Source: Eledone cirrhosa (lineage: Eukaryota). Taken from it: DNA of 64,000 nucleotides. A program made the translations under genes and the position numbers. The stretch covers positions 78,616,001 through 78,680,000 of the forward strand of contig OZ024745.1 of assembly GCA_964016885.1 (NCBI GenBank), given 5' to 3'. Below the pieces are notes generated by a model. It saw nothing but the letters and a program-made list of their open reading frames with translations, was not told the origin of the DNA and did not search any database. This document shows, piece after piece, positions 1 through 13,898 of this stretch (position 1 is the stretch's first letter; each line of letters starts with the position of its first letter).

Positions 1-206
1 CACTTGGAGTAATAATAAATCAGGAAAGAAGGTTTACATGGTTTGCTATACAAAAAAGTTTGCTATACAAAAAAGTTTTTAATCACATAGCTTACATTTG
101 TTTCCTTTTCTTTTCTTGCCTGTGTATTTTCTTCATTCTCGCATGCTCCGAAGATCTGACTGGTTATAATTCTGTATTGGCGATCGAGTAACGCAAAATT
201 AAGCGT

Positions 207-307
207 CAATGGCCATCCAAAATCACCGGAAGAGATGACCCCTTAGCCTTTGTCAAGGCAGAATTCTAGGAGAAGGAAAACTCTGATATAACACCTGCAA
301 CCCTGAT

Positions 308-311
<4 letters not shown>
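207..311 (+). mobile_element. 5' fragment of short RTE-derived non-autonomous element (family A)
   Basis: Near-identical to 37143-37249 (CCATCCAAAATCACC...GGAGAAGGAAAACTCTGATATAACACCTGCAACCCTGATGGTAT); ends abruptly in (TA)n. Confidence 0.8.
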
Positions 312-356
<45 letters not shown>

Positions 357-410
357 ATGTATATATATATGTATGTATATATATATGTATATATATATAT
401 ATGTATATAT

Positions 411-1596
411 TTACATCAATCATAAGATACCTCTTGTATGCAGATGATTGCGATCTTGTAGCGCACACAGAGAGTGATATGCACCACATTTTGAATGTAT
501 TTTCTGACGCTTGCATTGCCCTAGGATTGATTGTCAGTCTCAAGAAAACCGTCGTCATGTACCAACCTGCCCCTGGTAAGCAGTACACTGAACCAAATAT
601 CTATGTGTATGGTAAACGACTTGGAGTGGTTGATCAGTTTGTCTACCTGGGAAGCACTGTCAATCGATACAGCAACCTTGATAGTGAAATCTCACTTAGG
701 ATTAGGAAAGCAAGTGATGCTTTCGGAAAGCTAGAAAGGCGACTCTGGGGTCGGCGAGACATATGCAGGAGGACAAAGGTAAAGGTGTACAAGGCATGTG
801 CGCTCTCTTGTCTTCTTTATGCCTGCGAGACCTGGGTCACATATCGACACCACCTTAAGCAATTGGAGCGTTTCCATCAGATGTGTCTCAGACGGATCCA
901 TGGCGTTCACTGGAAGGACCACATCAGTGATGTCGAGATTTTGGAAAGCTCTATGTGTGACAGTATAGAAGCTCTTGTGCTCCGTTGGAGTGGTCACCTT
1001 GCCAGGATGAAGGATTCTAGAATACCAAAACAACTCTTTTATGGAGAGTTAGTTAAAGGAAAACGACCGCCACATAAACCAAAAAAGATTCCTTGAAAGC
1101 CTCTCTGAAAGACGCTAACATCTCTGCTGATACATGGGAAAATATTGCTGCTGATCGTAATAAATGGAGAAAGACTGTATATGAGGGAAAAGTTGCCTTT
1201 GGGGCATCTCGAATCGCATACGAGAAAGTAAAGCGGGATGTGAGGAAGGGCATTGCTGTTGCACTTCCAGACGGCGAGGGTCCTCCTATGGTGCTGACAT
1301 GCAGCGTCTGTGCGAGACTCTGGCTAAGCAAAGCTGGACTCGAAATTCATCTTAGCAGTCATAAAGTAAGACCAGTGGTTGACTACCAGGCTGCTGTTGG
1401 AGATGCTACTCATCATGCTTGCCAAGCATGTGGTAGAGAATGTAAATCAGCAGGAGGGCTCAAGCGACATGCAAAAGTACACAAACTCCAACCACAGCCG
1501 GCTATTCCCAGTGAATGTTTTGGTTGCCGACTCTGTGCAAGACATTTTAGATCATTGGCTGGGCTAAAAAGCCACATTCGATCGCAGCGCTGTTAG
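411..1596 (+). pseudogene. 5'-truncated RTE-clade LINE ORF (RT C-terminal half + C2H2 zinc fingers), family B copy 1
   Basis: LLYADDCDL (RT), FVYLGS, LLYACETW, LRWSGHLARM..RIPKQLFYGEL are RTE hallmarks. Frameshifting 10-nt deletion near 1088 relative to the other copies. C-terminal CxxC-x12-H-x3-H fingers (CSVC..HLSSH, CQAC..HAKVH, third degenerate). Confidence 0.93.
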
Positions 1597-1688
1597 TTGC
1601 TATCGTGTGTGTGTATACATATGTTTATGTGTGTGCATATACATATATATATGTATATGTATACATATACATATATATATATATATAT

Positions 1689-1730
<42 letters not shown>

Positions 1731-2009
1731 ATGTATACATATACATATACATATATATATGTATATGTATATTATTATTGTTGTTGTTGTCGTTATTATT
1801 ATTGTTATTATTATTATTATTATTGTTATTGATCTAAGCGGACGTATTTTGCTCGCTCCCAGTAAGTCGCTTTATTTGCCTGTTAAAATTATTTGTTGTT
1901 AAATATTTCTTGTTGTGTAAGGGATATAAGCCCTCTGACTTTGCCCTGTGAAGGTAAAAGTATAATATTTGTGCCTTACATGTTAAAAAATTTACGGAGA
2001 AAAAAAAAC

Positions 2010-3969
2010 ATGACTGAGCCACGCCCCCCAGTGATATGTCGGCTGTCGTGCGACAACGACGTAGAAGTTGAGAGGAGCGCTACAGCGAAATTAACACAAA
2101 TTGATAACACAAACACCACCACAAACAATGTAAACAAAGACACCAATGATACCAATGAGAACTCTAATTTTGAAAAAAATGACAGTAACAGTGACAACGA
2201 AAATACAGATAACAAAAAAAAAATAACAAATGCAACAACAATATCAACACCACTAACATGAAAACAAATAGCGACAACACCAACACCAACAATACCAACT
2301 GCACCGAGAACAACGGTGGCAACAAAGACAACAATGATAACAGCGACAGTGCTAACAACACCAACAAGAACAACGACAACGACAACAACACCCCCAACGA
2401 AAACAAGAAGAACACTTTCGCTGCGGCAGCAGCAAAAAAGAGGCCATGCTTCAACATGGACCTCTCAAACAAAGATGAAAAGTTGGCCCAGCCATGGAAG
2501 CTCATCAGACAAGAGCAAACTTGGGCCAACTTAACTGTCCCAGTAGAAGCTATTGAGGAAGTGGAGCGCAGAACGGTGCATTATAGATGCATCTCAGCAC
2601 AAACCAAAAGGGCAGCTTTAATCCCACAAGAAGATGTCGAAGTCACGCTGAGGTGCATCAGTGAAGACACCGAATACATAGAGAGGGGCAGACAGTACGG
2701 CACCATTTCGGTGTTGTTCAAGTCAGAAGCCCTCGCTGTGAAACACGCTATGACTCCTTGCAAAGCCAGCAAGGTCATAATGTAACCCTGCCACATGGGA
2801 AAAAGAACGGCACGTCTCCGCATTCCCAGAATCCCACCAGGACTTGACATGTGCTGGCTTCTGGGATGTGTGATTGTGGAGGGGACGGATACCGTCCCTA
2901 TAGAAGTGACCAGAACGGCCAGAGAGGACTGGTCCGGGGTTGACCTGGAGATCCTTCTCCAGATCAGGCCCGAGAATGTGAAGACAATCCCGGCCCACAT
3001 CCGCCTTCAGAATGGGACGGTCATTCACATTATGACCGAAGGCAAAAGGCCGCAGTGTTTTGTTTGTGGGGAAAAAACCCATTTGCGAGCCTTCTGCCCT
3101 CAACTGCTGAAAGAGGCAAGGGGTCGAAAGGCTCCACTGCTGCCGACGCTGGAGCGAGGACCACAACCAGCACCGGCAAAACCACCAACAACAACACCAA
3201 TAGAAAGATCACCACCAACATTGACCACCCAGGGGGGAAACGAAGAAAGCTGTCAAATTCCCGCTCCCCCCAAAAATACACGCACCAATAAAACCATAAA
3301 CATACATACAGACACACTTACAGACACAGACCCCTATCTACCAGTAGTGAAAATGAGGGAAATCCCAAATCCCCCAAAATACAAAAAAGGAAACACAAAA
3401 AGAAACAAAAACTCAACAAAGCACAAAAGCACCCACAATAAAAAAAACGCAGACACCACCCACGCAAACATCTCTCCAATAACACCAACATCAACACCAC
3501 CATCACCATCATCCCCCAAACGCAAACAACTGAAACAGACGCAAGAACAAAAATATACACACAAACATCTGAAACCACAGACACCGCACTCACAACAAAC
3601 ACAGATACAACCGAAACAACACCACCAAAACCATCACCACCACAGCCACGCAAACAAATAAAATCACACCAACAAAACATACAAAACTTCGTGCTCGTCA
3701 GGAGGGCCAACAAGGAACTGATGGCCCTCGTAGCACGAAGTGAAAATATACAAAAAGAGGGGGAAATTTTTAAATCGAGCACATTTCGCGTGCCGGAAGA
3801 TTTGGTTCTGGTGCGAATGTCGCTCGACATATTCAAAGAAATACGAGACAGCTTGGGAACCCCGAACGTAAAACCCACTTCAAGACTTTTAAAGGGGTTT
3901 CCAAAAGAAACCCCACTAACTATGGAGGTCGAACAACCCGACCTTCACAAGATCCCGGAAGGTAAGTAA
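2010..3969 (+). pseudogene. Tx1/L1 ORF1 (gag-like, CCHC zinc knuckle), disrupted
   Basis: Pieces 2010-2261, 2258-2785, 2795-3661 and 3691-3969. CFVCGEKTHLRAFC = CX2CX4HX4C knuckle; N/T-rich and P/T/H-rich low-complexity tracts; internal stops and frameshifts. Confidence 0.8.
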
Positions 3970-4000
3970 ACCTTCCTCTCTCTCTTTTTATCCTGCCAAC

Positions 4001-7000
4001 ATGGCCGTATTAAGAGTAGGATGTTTAAATGTTCGAGGCCTGGGATCGTCCTGGAAGCAGGGGCACCTGCTCAATAACCTCAGGTCTATAGAAATGGATG
4101 TAATTGCAGTCAGCGAGACCAGGATTTCCGACACGCGCGCACTAGCCCCCATTTTCGACGACTATCAGATCTTTCCATCTGTTAGCCGGCCGGGAATGGG
4201 AGGCGGAGTGGCAGTGCTGTTTAGGAAAGGCCTGGATCTCGAGGTAAGGTCGATCTTCCGGGACCCGGACGGGAAGTTGGTGGTCCTGGACGTGAACAAT
4301 AATGAAGGTGGTGCCTTTAGACTGGTGGCCGTCTATGCTCCTACTGCGGCAGGACGGCCGGACTTCTTTAGACGCCTGGAAGCCTTTCTGGGTACGTCTC
4401 GCCCTTTACTGTTAGCGGGGGACTGGAACGGCATCTTAGACGCACGCTGGGACTGTGTGGGAGTATCCGATAGGAGCGGGGGGTGCAAAAGCCTCAAGAA
4501 CCTGATCAGCCAGTTCCAACTGTCTGACAGGTACCGACAAAATTTCCCTAATGCGCCAGTGTGGACCTTGGCTAACCGCATAGGGTCATCTAGATCGTAT
4601 ATAGGCAGGATATTCATTAGGAAACTAGACAGAAATAGTGTAAGCTGTCCACGTTTTGAAACGTTCGCCTATTCAGATCACAAGTTTGTGATCTGTATGG
4701 TCGACCTAGATAAGCCGCGTAGGTTAGGACCTGGTTACTAGAAGCTAAACATGTCATTTCCGGCACGTAAGGCTTACAGGGACCAGGTCGACAATTTAGT
4801 TAAGAAAAAGTTGACAGGGGGAATCGTAAACAATAGATGGTGGGGGGTTCTCAAAAGAGAGATTAGAGTAATGTCGATAGAGTTTAGCAAAGAAGTAGCA
4901 TTAGAGAAAAATAGAAAGGAGGGGGAGTTGGTAAATAAGTTAGACGAGGCTATTGTTAGTGGCATTGCAACTGATGTGCTAGCGGCGAGAATGGCATTAG
5001 ACCATTTCTTCAATGCGAAACACGAAGGTTGCATTGTCAGAGCTAAGGCGCGTGCTCTGAGAAACGAGGGAACCAAAGCTGTTCGATGGGCCCGCGTGGC
5101 AGAAGCGCAGCGTGGTAATAAAACTACGATTCGGTCTTTGACAGACCGAGACGGGCACGAGCTGAGCGATTCCAAGAGGATGTGTGAGGCCTTTCGCCAA
5201 CATTTTGCTCGGTTGTTCGGGGGAAGTGGCGGGTCAGAGATGGTGGCGGACTTCAGTCCCTACCTCGATGGCTTGCCACAACTCTCGACGGCTGACGCTG
5301 GGCGCTGCGAAAGACCAATTACTTCAGCCGAAATTCAGGATGCCCTTGTCGACTGCATGAGGCGCAAGTCACCCGGTTCGGATGGTCTGCCCTACGAGCT
5401 TTACGTAAATATGCCAGACTTGTTCTCCAATCTCCTCGAAGCCCTCTACTGCAACTGGCAGCAAAACGGGAGTATTCCCAGTTCTGTGAGCCGGGGCGTA
5501 GTGACGCTGATAAGGAAAGACGAGAACAAGAGGGACACATTAGACAATTTCAGGCCCATAACTCTGCTCAACACAGAGTTTAAGATTTTGGCCGTCGGGG
5601 ATTTGGTTGGGGAGGCGCAAACCAGGTCCATACACGACAACCTCCACCTAATGCGATACATCATAGAGAGGGTAGGGTGTAAACCTGGCTTCGGTGGGGC
5701 TCTGATCAATTTAGATCAATCGAAAGCATTCGATAGGGTCGACCATCGGTACCTGGAGGCTGTCCTCAAGGCAGCTGGCTTCGGCCCCGTCTTCAGAAGC
5801 TGGATCGCTGCAATGCACAGCGGCACCTGTTCGATGGTCAAAATTAATGGCCACCTCTCGGAACCGTTTCAGGTCTCCCGATCGGTCCGTCAAGGGTGCC
5901 CTCTCTCCTCCCTTCTGTACGTATTGACTCTCGAGCCTTTACTGCGGAAGCTGGAGCTGTTGCAGGGCATCCCGCTCGAACCGGGACGCGGAAAGGCTGT
6001 GTCGGCTTACGCGGACGACATCACCGTGATGGTGTCGGACACCTCAGAAATCGAGGTGGTCGGCAACATGGTGGAGGAATATGAAAGGTTGACGGGAGCA
6101 AAATTTAACCCGGAAAAGTCAGTGGGCTTGCAACTCGGCACCTGGAGAGGCAAGTCCATGCCGTCCAACAGCGTCGTTAGGCGCTGGACGGACGGACCGG
6201 TAAAGTTGCTAGGGGTTTGGTTCGGGTCAGACCTCCAGGTGGATAAGAATTGGGACGAGGTGACGAGCAGGGTAGTCAGTCTCACCCAGAAATGGGCTGG
6301 GATGAAGGTATCATTGAAAGGTCGGACGGAGGTGGCGAACGCGTACATCTCGTCCGTCATCTACTACCGTCTGACTGTCGTCCCTTGCCCCCGTTCGCGC
6401 CTCGCCATCTTGGAGTGGCTCCTCTTCAAATTCTTGTGGAGGGGTCAGGTTCCGCTGGTGAGGCGGTCCATCTGCTGCCAGCACCCTCTACGTGGAGGGC
6501 TGGGCATGCCGTGGCTAATGATGCGCAGGCACGCGCTGAGGCTGCGGCATCTCCAGATATTCTGCCTAAACGGTGAACAGGTGTGGTCGCCGTTTGTCAG
6601 ACGGGCCTTTCCGCAGCTCGTTTCTTTGACTGAGTTGCAACCTGGGTCAAGAAGAGACCGAGACTGGGTGACTGGCATCTGGAATGTTGCCAGGCACTCA
6701 CTGCCCTCTGCCAGGCGGGCAATGCGGTCAGTGGAACTTCCACTCTCGAGTTCTATAGAGGATTAGTGGTGGGCAAGTGCGACGACGCACTCGGAGAGGC
6801 TCTGGGAGTCAACGAAGTCGAACTAACCAGTCTGTACCGGAGGACTTTCGAGCCGGGGACGATGGATAATTTCCAAAAATGCCTCGCTTGGCAGTGCTAG
6901 CGGGGGGCACTGCCGGTTCGAGATAAACTCTACAGGCACGGAAGTGCTGTCAGACGGACCTGCCCAAGACGCGCGCAGAGCGACGAAACCGTTCTGCACG

Positions 7001-7377
7001 CACTCGTCCAGTGTCCGTACATTACTAACTTGTGGAGTTATGTTGAACAGCTGTTGTCGCGTGTAGAACGGATCCGGCTATCGGTCGAGTCCATAGTGAA
7101 GATCGACCCGCCGCCTTCTTTTGACCAGGAAGGGCAGGCAATTTCCCTCTGTCTGGTGGCAGTAGCGAAAGAAGTTGTATGGTGGACGAGGTTGAAAGGA
7201 CTGAAGACAGACACTTTTCTCTTCGGCCAATCCCTCATCAACTTTTTCAAGTTTCATTTGGAAAGGAAGGTGAGGGTGGAGAGAGAAGTGCTGCCCTCCA
7301 GTACATTTTCTGAAAGGTGGGTGAATGTGGCGAGAATGGCCCGTGTGAGTGGGCCTACTCTGGTCATGCGGCTGTAG
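4001..7377 (+). pseudogene. Tx1/L1 ORF2: APE endonuclease + reverse transcriptase + C-terminal Cys/His domain, disrupted
   Basis: EN motifs LNVRGL, VSET, VYAP, GDWN, SDHK. In-frame TAG at 4739 (GY*KLN, expected W). RT motifs KSPGSDG, FRPITLLN, DQSKAFDRV, RQGCPLS, AYADD. Frameshift near 6640, TAG at 6898, then CPR..DETVLHALVQC. Confidence 0.93.
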
Positions 7378-7663
7378 GTAGGTATATTGAAGAGGAGAGG
7401 GGAGCCCTTCCAGGGTGCTCTCGAAGCGTCGGGTGGTTCAGGACTGGTGGGGTACCTGAGCGAGCCCTAGGTGGTCATCCCCCCTATTGGGGAATTTTTT
7501 CTTGTTGTAATTTTCTTGTTACTTTATTGTTACTTTGTTATTGTTACTTTGTTATTGTTATTCATTTTGTTTACTTGATTTTTCTGTAAAACCCCAGTCC
7601 CAGTCTTTTGTATTGTCCCCTATATGTCGGCCCTTGTGGCCAATAAATGAAATCATTGTTATT

Positions 7664-7775
7664 AATATGTGTATGTATGCGTATCTATATGTATATATGT
7701 ATGTATGTATGTGTATGTATATAGATTTTTTTTTTCTCGTGCAATAGCCATACTCGATAACGAGGGGGCACCCAT

Positions 7776-7780
<5 letters not shown>
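7664..7780 (+). mobile_element. Displaced 3' terminus of RTE family B copy 1
   Basis: TTTTCTCGTGCAATAGCCATACTCGATAACGAGGGGGCA matches the 3' end of copy 3 (13620-13668). Confidence 0.85.
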
Positions 7781-7864
<84 letters not shown>

Positions 7865-7865
<1 letters not shown>

Positions 7866-8209
7866 ATAACACCTTCAACCCCTGATGGTATCCAATGATG
7901 TTGACTTGTTCTTCTTTTTGGTAAATATCATCAAGAGAGTGGGACTGGCTTTGTGCAGTGCCTTTGCTCACTATAAAAGCTTCACAGCACAGGCATTGCT
8001 TTATATCTGGAGATCTCTCTGCACTTGTCGTCACATGGTACCATGGGCCCAGCACTGTGTCAATAATTGTCACAAGTGTAGTGTTTGTACCAGAGTTTTC
8101 AAGTCGCTGGCTGGACTAAAGAGTCACACTCGTTCAGCGCATCGGTAGGGGTTCTCCTACTTGGATATAAAGTAGTGGCCGTACTCGAAAACGAGTTGGC
8201 AGCCACCAT
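7865..8209 (+). mobile_element. Short RTE-derived element family A (5'-truncated)
   Basis: Near-identical to 12261-12613, 13899-14265 and 37223-37571. Encodes a remnant zinc finger [23 protein letters not shown]; ends GCAGCCACCAT-(AT)n. Confidence 0.88.
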
Positions 8210-8236
8210 ATATTTATATATATATATATATATATA

Positions 8237-9386
8237 TGTGTGTGGTAAACGACTTGTAGTGGTTCATCAGTTTGTCTACCTGGGAAGCACTGTCAATCGA
8301 TACGGCAACCTTGATAGTGAAATCTCACTTAGGATTAGGAAAGCAAGTGATGCTTAGGAAAGCAAGTGATGCTAGAAAGGCGACTCTGTGGTCGGCGAGA
8401 CATATGCAAGATGACAAAAGTAAAAATGTACAAGGCATGTGTGCTCTCTTCTCTTCTTTATGCCTGCGCGACCTGGGTCACATATCGACACCACCTTAAA
8501 CAATTGGAGCGTTTCCATCAGATGTGTCTCAGTCGGATCCATGGCATTCACTGGAGGGACCACATCAGTGATGTCGAGATTTTGGAAAGCTCTATGTGTG
8601 ACAGTGTAGAAGCTCTTGTGCTTAAGCAACGACTCCGTTGGAGTGGTCGCCTTGCCAGGATGAAGGATTCTAGAATACCAAGACAACTCTTTTATGGAGA
8701 GTTAGTTAAAGGAAAACGACCGCACATAAACCAAAAAAGAGGTATAAGGATTCCTTGAAAGCCTCTTTGAAAAACGCTAACATATCTACTGATACATGGG
8801 AAAGTATTGCGGCTGATGATAATAAATGGAGAAAGACTGTCTATGAGGGAAAAGTTGCCTTTGAGGCATCTCGAATCGCATACGAGAAAGTAAAGCGGGA
8901 TGTGAGGAAGGGCATTGCTGTTGCACTTCCAGACGGCGAGGGTCCTCCTATGGTACTGACATGCAGCGTCTGTGCGAGACTCTGGCTAAGCAAAGCTGGA
9001 CTCGAAAGTCATCTTAGCAGTCATAAAGTAAGACCAGTGGTTGACTACCAGGCTGCTGTTGGAGAAGCTACTCATCATGCTTGCCAAGCATGTGGTAGAG
9101 AATGTAAATCAGCAGGAGGGCTCAAACGACATGCAAAAGTACATGAATTCCAACCACAGCCGGCTATTCCCATTGAATGTTTTGGTTGCCGACTCTGTGC
9201 AAGACATTTTAGATCATTGGCTGGGCTAAAAAGCCACATTCGATCGCAGCGCTGTTAGTTGCTATCGTGTGTGTGTGTGTGTATACATATGTTTATGTGT
9301 GTGCGTGTGTGTGTATATATATATATGTATATGTATATTATTATTGTTGTTGTTGTCGTTATTATTATTGTTGTTATTATTATTAT
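8237..9386 (+). pseudogene. RTE family B copy 2 (5'-truncated at GKRLVVV)
   Basis: Highly similar to copy 1. Tandem duplication of TAGGAAAGCAAGTGATGCT at 8336-8373; frameshift near 8720; C2H2 ORF 8755-9258. Confidence 0.92.
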
Positions 9387-9688
9387 TTGATAGTTTGTAT
9401 AATTTTGTATAATTTTGTACATAGATCTGTTGAATATGCATAACAATTCTAACACATATATGTCCTAGAAACGATCGTTAAATAATGAACTTTTTTTGTT
9501 TAATATAAGGAACTGTTTCATTGTTTTATTCATTATTTTTTTAATATTTTATCTTGACTCTGTATTCCGTTTATCTTTCACCGAAAGTGATTTTTGAATG
9601 CATCTCTTCTTTCCATGATATCCGGATTACATTGAGTTCTTCATACGGATTGGACACTACCGTAAACTTTTGGTAGATTTATCTACAT
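9387..9688 (+). mobile_element. 3'-terminal pLTR fragment of the Naiad-type PLE (diverged copy)
   Basis: Aligns with about 48964-49257 and 55157-55452. Starts inside hammerhead stem II and ends ATCTACA-(TA)n. Confidence 0.9.
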
Positions 9689-10530
<842 letters not shown>

Positions 10531-10846
10531 CACATGAGAAGAAAGAAGAATACTGCATGGTTTGCACATGGGTGACATATAATAAAATTAGTCCTTCGTC
10601 AGTGATTTTCCAACCATCATTGGTATTTCATCGCATTAAAAATCAGATACCTCAGGTTGGTGCGAGCAATAACTAAAACAAGTTATTGGGACCAGAATTC
10701 GCGTAAGGCGAGGGGGACAAGTAAACAACATAGAAGGATAAAAGCAAACGGAAGATAGGAAAAAAAAACAAGCAACATGGTTGACCGGTCAGCATATATA
10801 TATATATATATATACCTTTCATTTATATATATATATATATATATAT

Positions 10847-12256
10847 ATGAAAAAGTGAGTCCTTCATCAGTGACCCTCCAACCGTCCTCGGCATTTCATC
10901 GCTTTAAGGGCCATATGCCTCAGGTTGGTGCGAACAACGGCTAAAAAAAGTCGTTGGGACACGTAAATAAAGGGGGACGCTAGAGTAACAACAAAAAGGG
11001 TTTAAACAACGGAAAGTGAGTAGAAATAGACAAGTCCCAGATCTCTATGAATATAAACTCTGTGAAATCGTGAACAAGAGACGAAAGACCATCGAACCTG
11101 GTAGAAATGTGAGCAAGGAAAGAATTTCGCCCAAGTTTGACGGGGGGAAAAAAGAGAGAGAGAGAGACAGAGAAAGGAGAGAAGAGGAAGAAGAAGAAGA
11201 AGAAGAAGAAGAAGAAGAAGAAGAAGAAGAAGAAGAAGAAGAAGAAGAAGAAGAAGAAGAAGAAGAAGAAGAAGAAGAAGAAGAAGAAGAAGAAGAAGAA
11301 GAAGAAGAAGAAGAAGAAGAAGAAGAAGAAGAAGAAGAAGAAGAAGAAGATAAGGTGGTCTGGTCTGCGAAATCGGTAAACGCAAGTTTTGTGAAGTCAC
11401 AGACGAAAGAGAGAGAGAAAAAAAATTCCATACCAGCTCGGTCAAGACTGCGCGAGAAAAGAATTACACACAGGTCAAACTTGAAGGAGGAGGAGGAAAG
11501 AGGAGGAGGAGAGGTAGTGACAGAGAATGAGTGAGTGAAAGTTGAGGAGAGGGTAACAGAGAGGGAGAGAGACTGCTAGAAGTGGTAAAGATACAAGGAA
11601 CAGACAGACAGGCAGCATGGAAAAGTAATATGTGTAAATATGATGATAATAATGGAGCTGCGGCGTTGCAAATGGGATACATATGAAAAAGTGAGTCCTT
11701 CATCAGTGACCCTCCAACCGTCCTCGGCATTTCATCGCTTTAAGGGCCATATGCCTCAGGTTGGTGCGAACAACGGCTAAAAAAAGTCGTTGGGACACGT
11801 AAATAAAGGGGGACGCTAGAGTAACAACAAAAAGGGTTTAAGCAACGGAAAGTGAGTAGAAATAGACAAGTCCCAGATCTCTATGAATATAAACTCTGTG
11901 AAATCGTGAACAAGAGACGAAAGACGATCGAACCTGGTAGAAATGTGAGCAAGGAAAGAATTTCGCCCAAGTTTGACGGGGGGAAAAAAGAGAGAGAGAG
12001 AGACAGAGAAAGGAAGAAGAAAAAGAAGAAGAAGAAGAAGAAGAAGAAGAAGAAGAAGAAGAAGAAGAAGAAGAAGAAGAAGAAGAAGAAGAAGAAGAAG
12101 AAGAAGAAGAAGAAGATAAGGTGGTCTGGTCTGCGAAATCGGTAAACGCAAGTTTTGTGAAGTCACAGACGAAAGAGAGAGAGAAAAAAAATTCCATACC
12201 AGCTCGGTCAAGACTGCGCGAGAAAAGAATTACACACAGGTCAAACTTGAAGGAGG
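10847..12256. repeat. Partial tandem duplication (836-bp period) containing (GAA)n; possibly PLE-end derived
   Basis: 10847-11490 is nearly identical to 11683-12256 apart from GAA copy number. A diverged partial copy lies at 10591-10720. The minus strand ends with CTGATGAAGGAC. Confidence 0.85.
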
Positions 12257-12260
12257 ATGT

Positions 12261-12611
12261 ATATAACACCTGCAACCCTGGTGGTATCCAATGATGTTGA
12301 CTTGTTCTTCTTTTTGGTAAATATCATCTTGGTTAAGAGAGTGGGACTGGCTTTCTACAGTGCCTTTGTTCACTATAAAAGCTTCACGGCACAGGCATTG
12401 CTTTATATCTGGAGATCTCACTGCACTTGTCGTCACATGGTACCATGGGCCCAGCACTATGTGTCAATAATTGTCACAAGTGTAGTGTTTGTACCAGAGT
12501 TTTTAAGTCGCTGGCTGGACTAAAAAGTCACACTCGTTCAGCGCATCGATAGGGGTTCTCCTACTTGGATATAAAGTAGTGGCTGTACTCGAAAACGAGT
12601 TGGTAGCCACC

Positions 12612-12613
<2 letters not shown>
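12261..12613 (+). mobile_element. Short RTE-derived element family A
   Basis: Near-identical to the other family A copies. Confidence 0.88.
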
Positions 12614-12704
<91 letters not shown>

Positions 12705-12712
12705 CGTGTGTG

Positions 12713-13664
12713 TGTGTGTGGTAAACGACTTGTAGTGGTTGATCAGTTTGTCTACCTGGGAAGCACTGTCAATCGATACGGCAACCTTGATAGTGAAATC
12801 TCACGTAGGATTAGGAAAGCAAGTGATGCTTTCGGAAAGCTAGAAAGGCGACTCTGTGGTCGGCGAGACATATGCAAGAAGACAAAGGTAAAAATGTACA
12901 AGGCATGTGTGCTCTCTTCTCTTCTTTATGCCTGCGAGACCTGGGTCACATATCTACACCACCTTAAACAATTGGAGCGCACATAAACCAAAAAAGAGGT
13001 ATAAGGATTCCTTGAAAGCCTCTTTGAAAGACGCTAACATCTCTACTGATACATGGGAAAATATTGCTGGTGATTGTAATAAATGGAGAAAGACTGTCTA
13101 TGAGGGAAAATTTGCCTTTGAGGCATCTCGAATCGCATACGAGAAAGTAAAGCGGGATGTGAGGAAGGGCATTGCTGTGGCACTTCCAAACGGCGAGGGT
13201 CCTCCTATGGTGCTTACATGCAGCGCCTGTGCGAGACTCTGCCTCAGCAAAGCTGGACTCGAAAGTCATCTTCGCAGTCCTAAAGTAAGACCAGTGGCTG
13301 ACTACCAGGCTGTTGTTGGAGATGCTACTCATCATGCTTGCCAAGCATGTGGTAGAGAATGTAAATCAGCAGAAGGGCTCAAACGACATGCAAAAGTATA
13401 TGAACTCCAACCACAGCCGGCTATTCCCAGTTAATGTTTTGGTTGCCGATTCTGTGCAAGACATTTTAGATCATTGGCTGGGCTAAAAAGCCACATTCGA
13501 TCGCAGCGCTGTTAATTGCTATCGTGTGTGTGTATATATATATGTATGTATATTATTATTGTTGTAGTTGTCGTTATTATTTTTGTTGTTATTATTATTA
13601 TTATTATTGTTATTAATATTTTTTTTCTCGTGCAATGGCCATACTCGATAACGAGGGGGCAGCC

Positions 13665-13668
<4 letters not shown>
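12713..13668 (+). pseudogene. RTE family B copy 3 with internal deletion and intact 3' end
   Basis: Same 5' breakpoint as copy 2. About 210-bp deletion at 12979 joined through CG microhomology; premature TAA at 13432; 3' end followed by (TA)n. Confidence 0.92.
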
Positions 13669-13718
<50 letters not shown>

Positions 13719-13825
13719 GTAGGAGGTGAGTTTTATTCTAGCACAATAAAGTAATGCAAATATCGGATAAGTAGCACTCTACAGTTTGTAGGACTGGAGT
13801 ATAAATAATTTGATCTTATATTATA

Positions 13826-13861
<36 letters not shown>

Positions 13862-13898
13862 TGTATGTATGTATGTATGTATGTATGTATGTATGTAT

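Larger units (their letters stand above)
1831..7654 (+). mobile_element. Full-length decayed Tx1/L1-clade LINE inserted in the RTE 3' UTR
   Basis: ORF1 + EN/RT ORF2 and an AATAAA at 7642. TSD ATTGTTATT at 1822-1830 and 7655-7663. The uninterrupted site (ATTGTTATTAATAT) is seen in RTE copy 3 near 13606. Confidence 0.92.

Noticed and set aside
11016-11534. Poly-E/K/S/L ORFs
   Set aside because: Translations of the (GAA)n tract.
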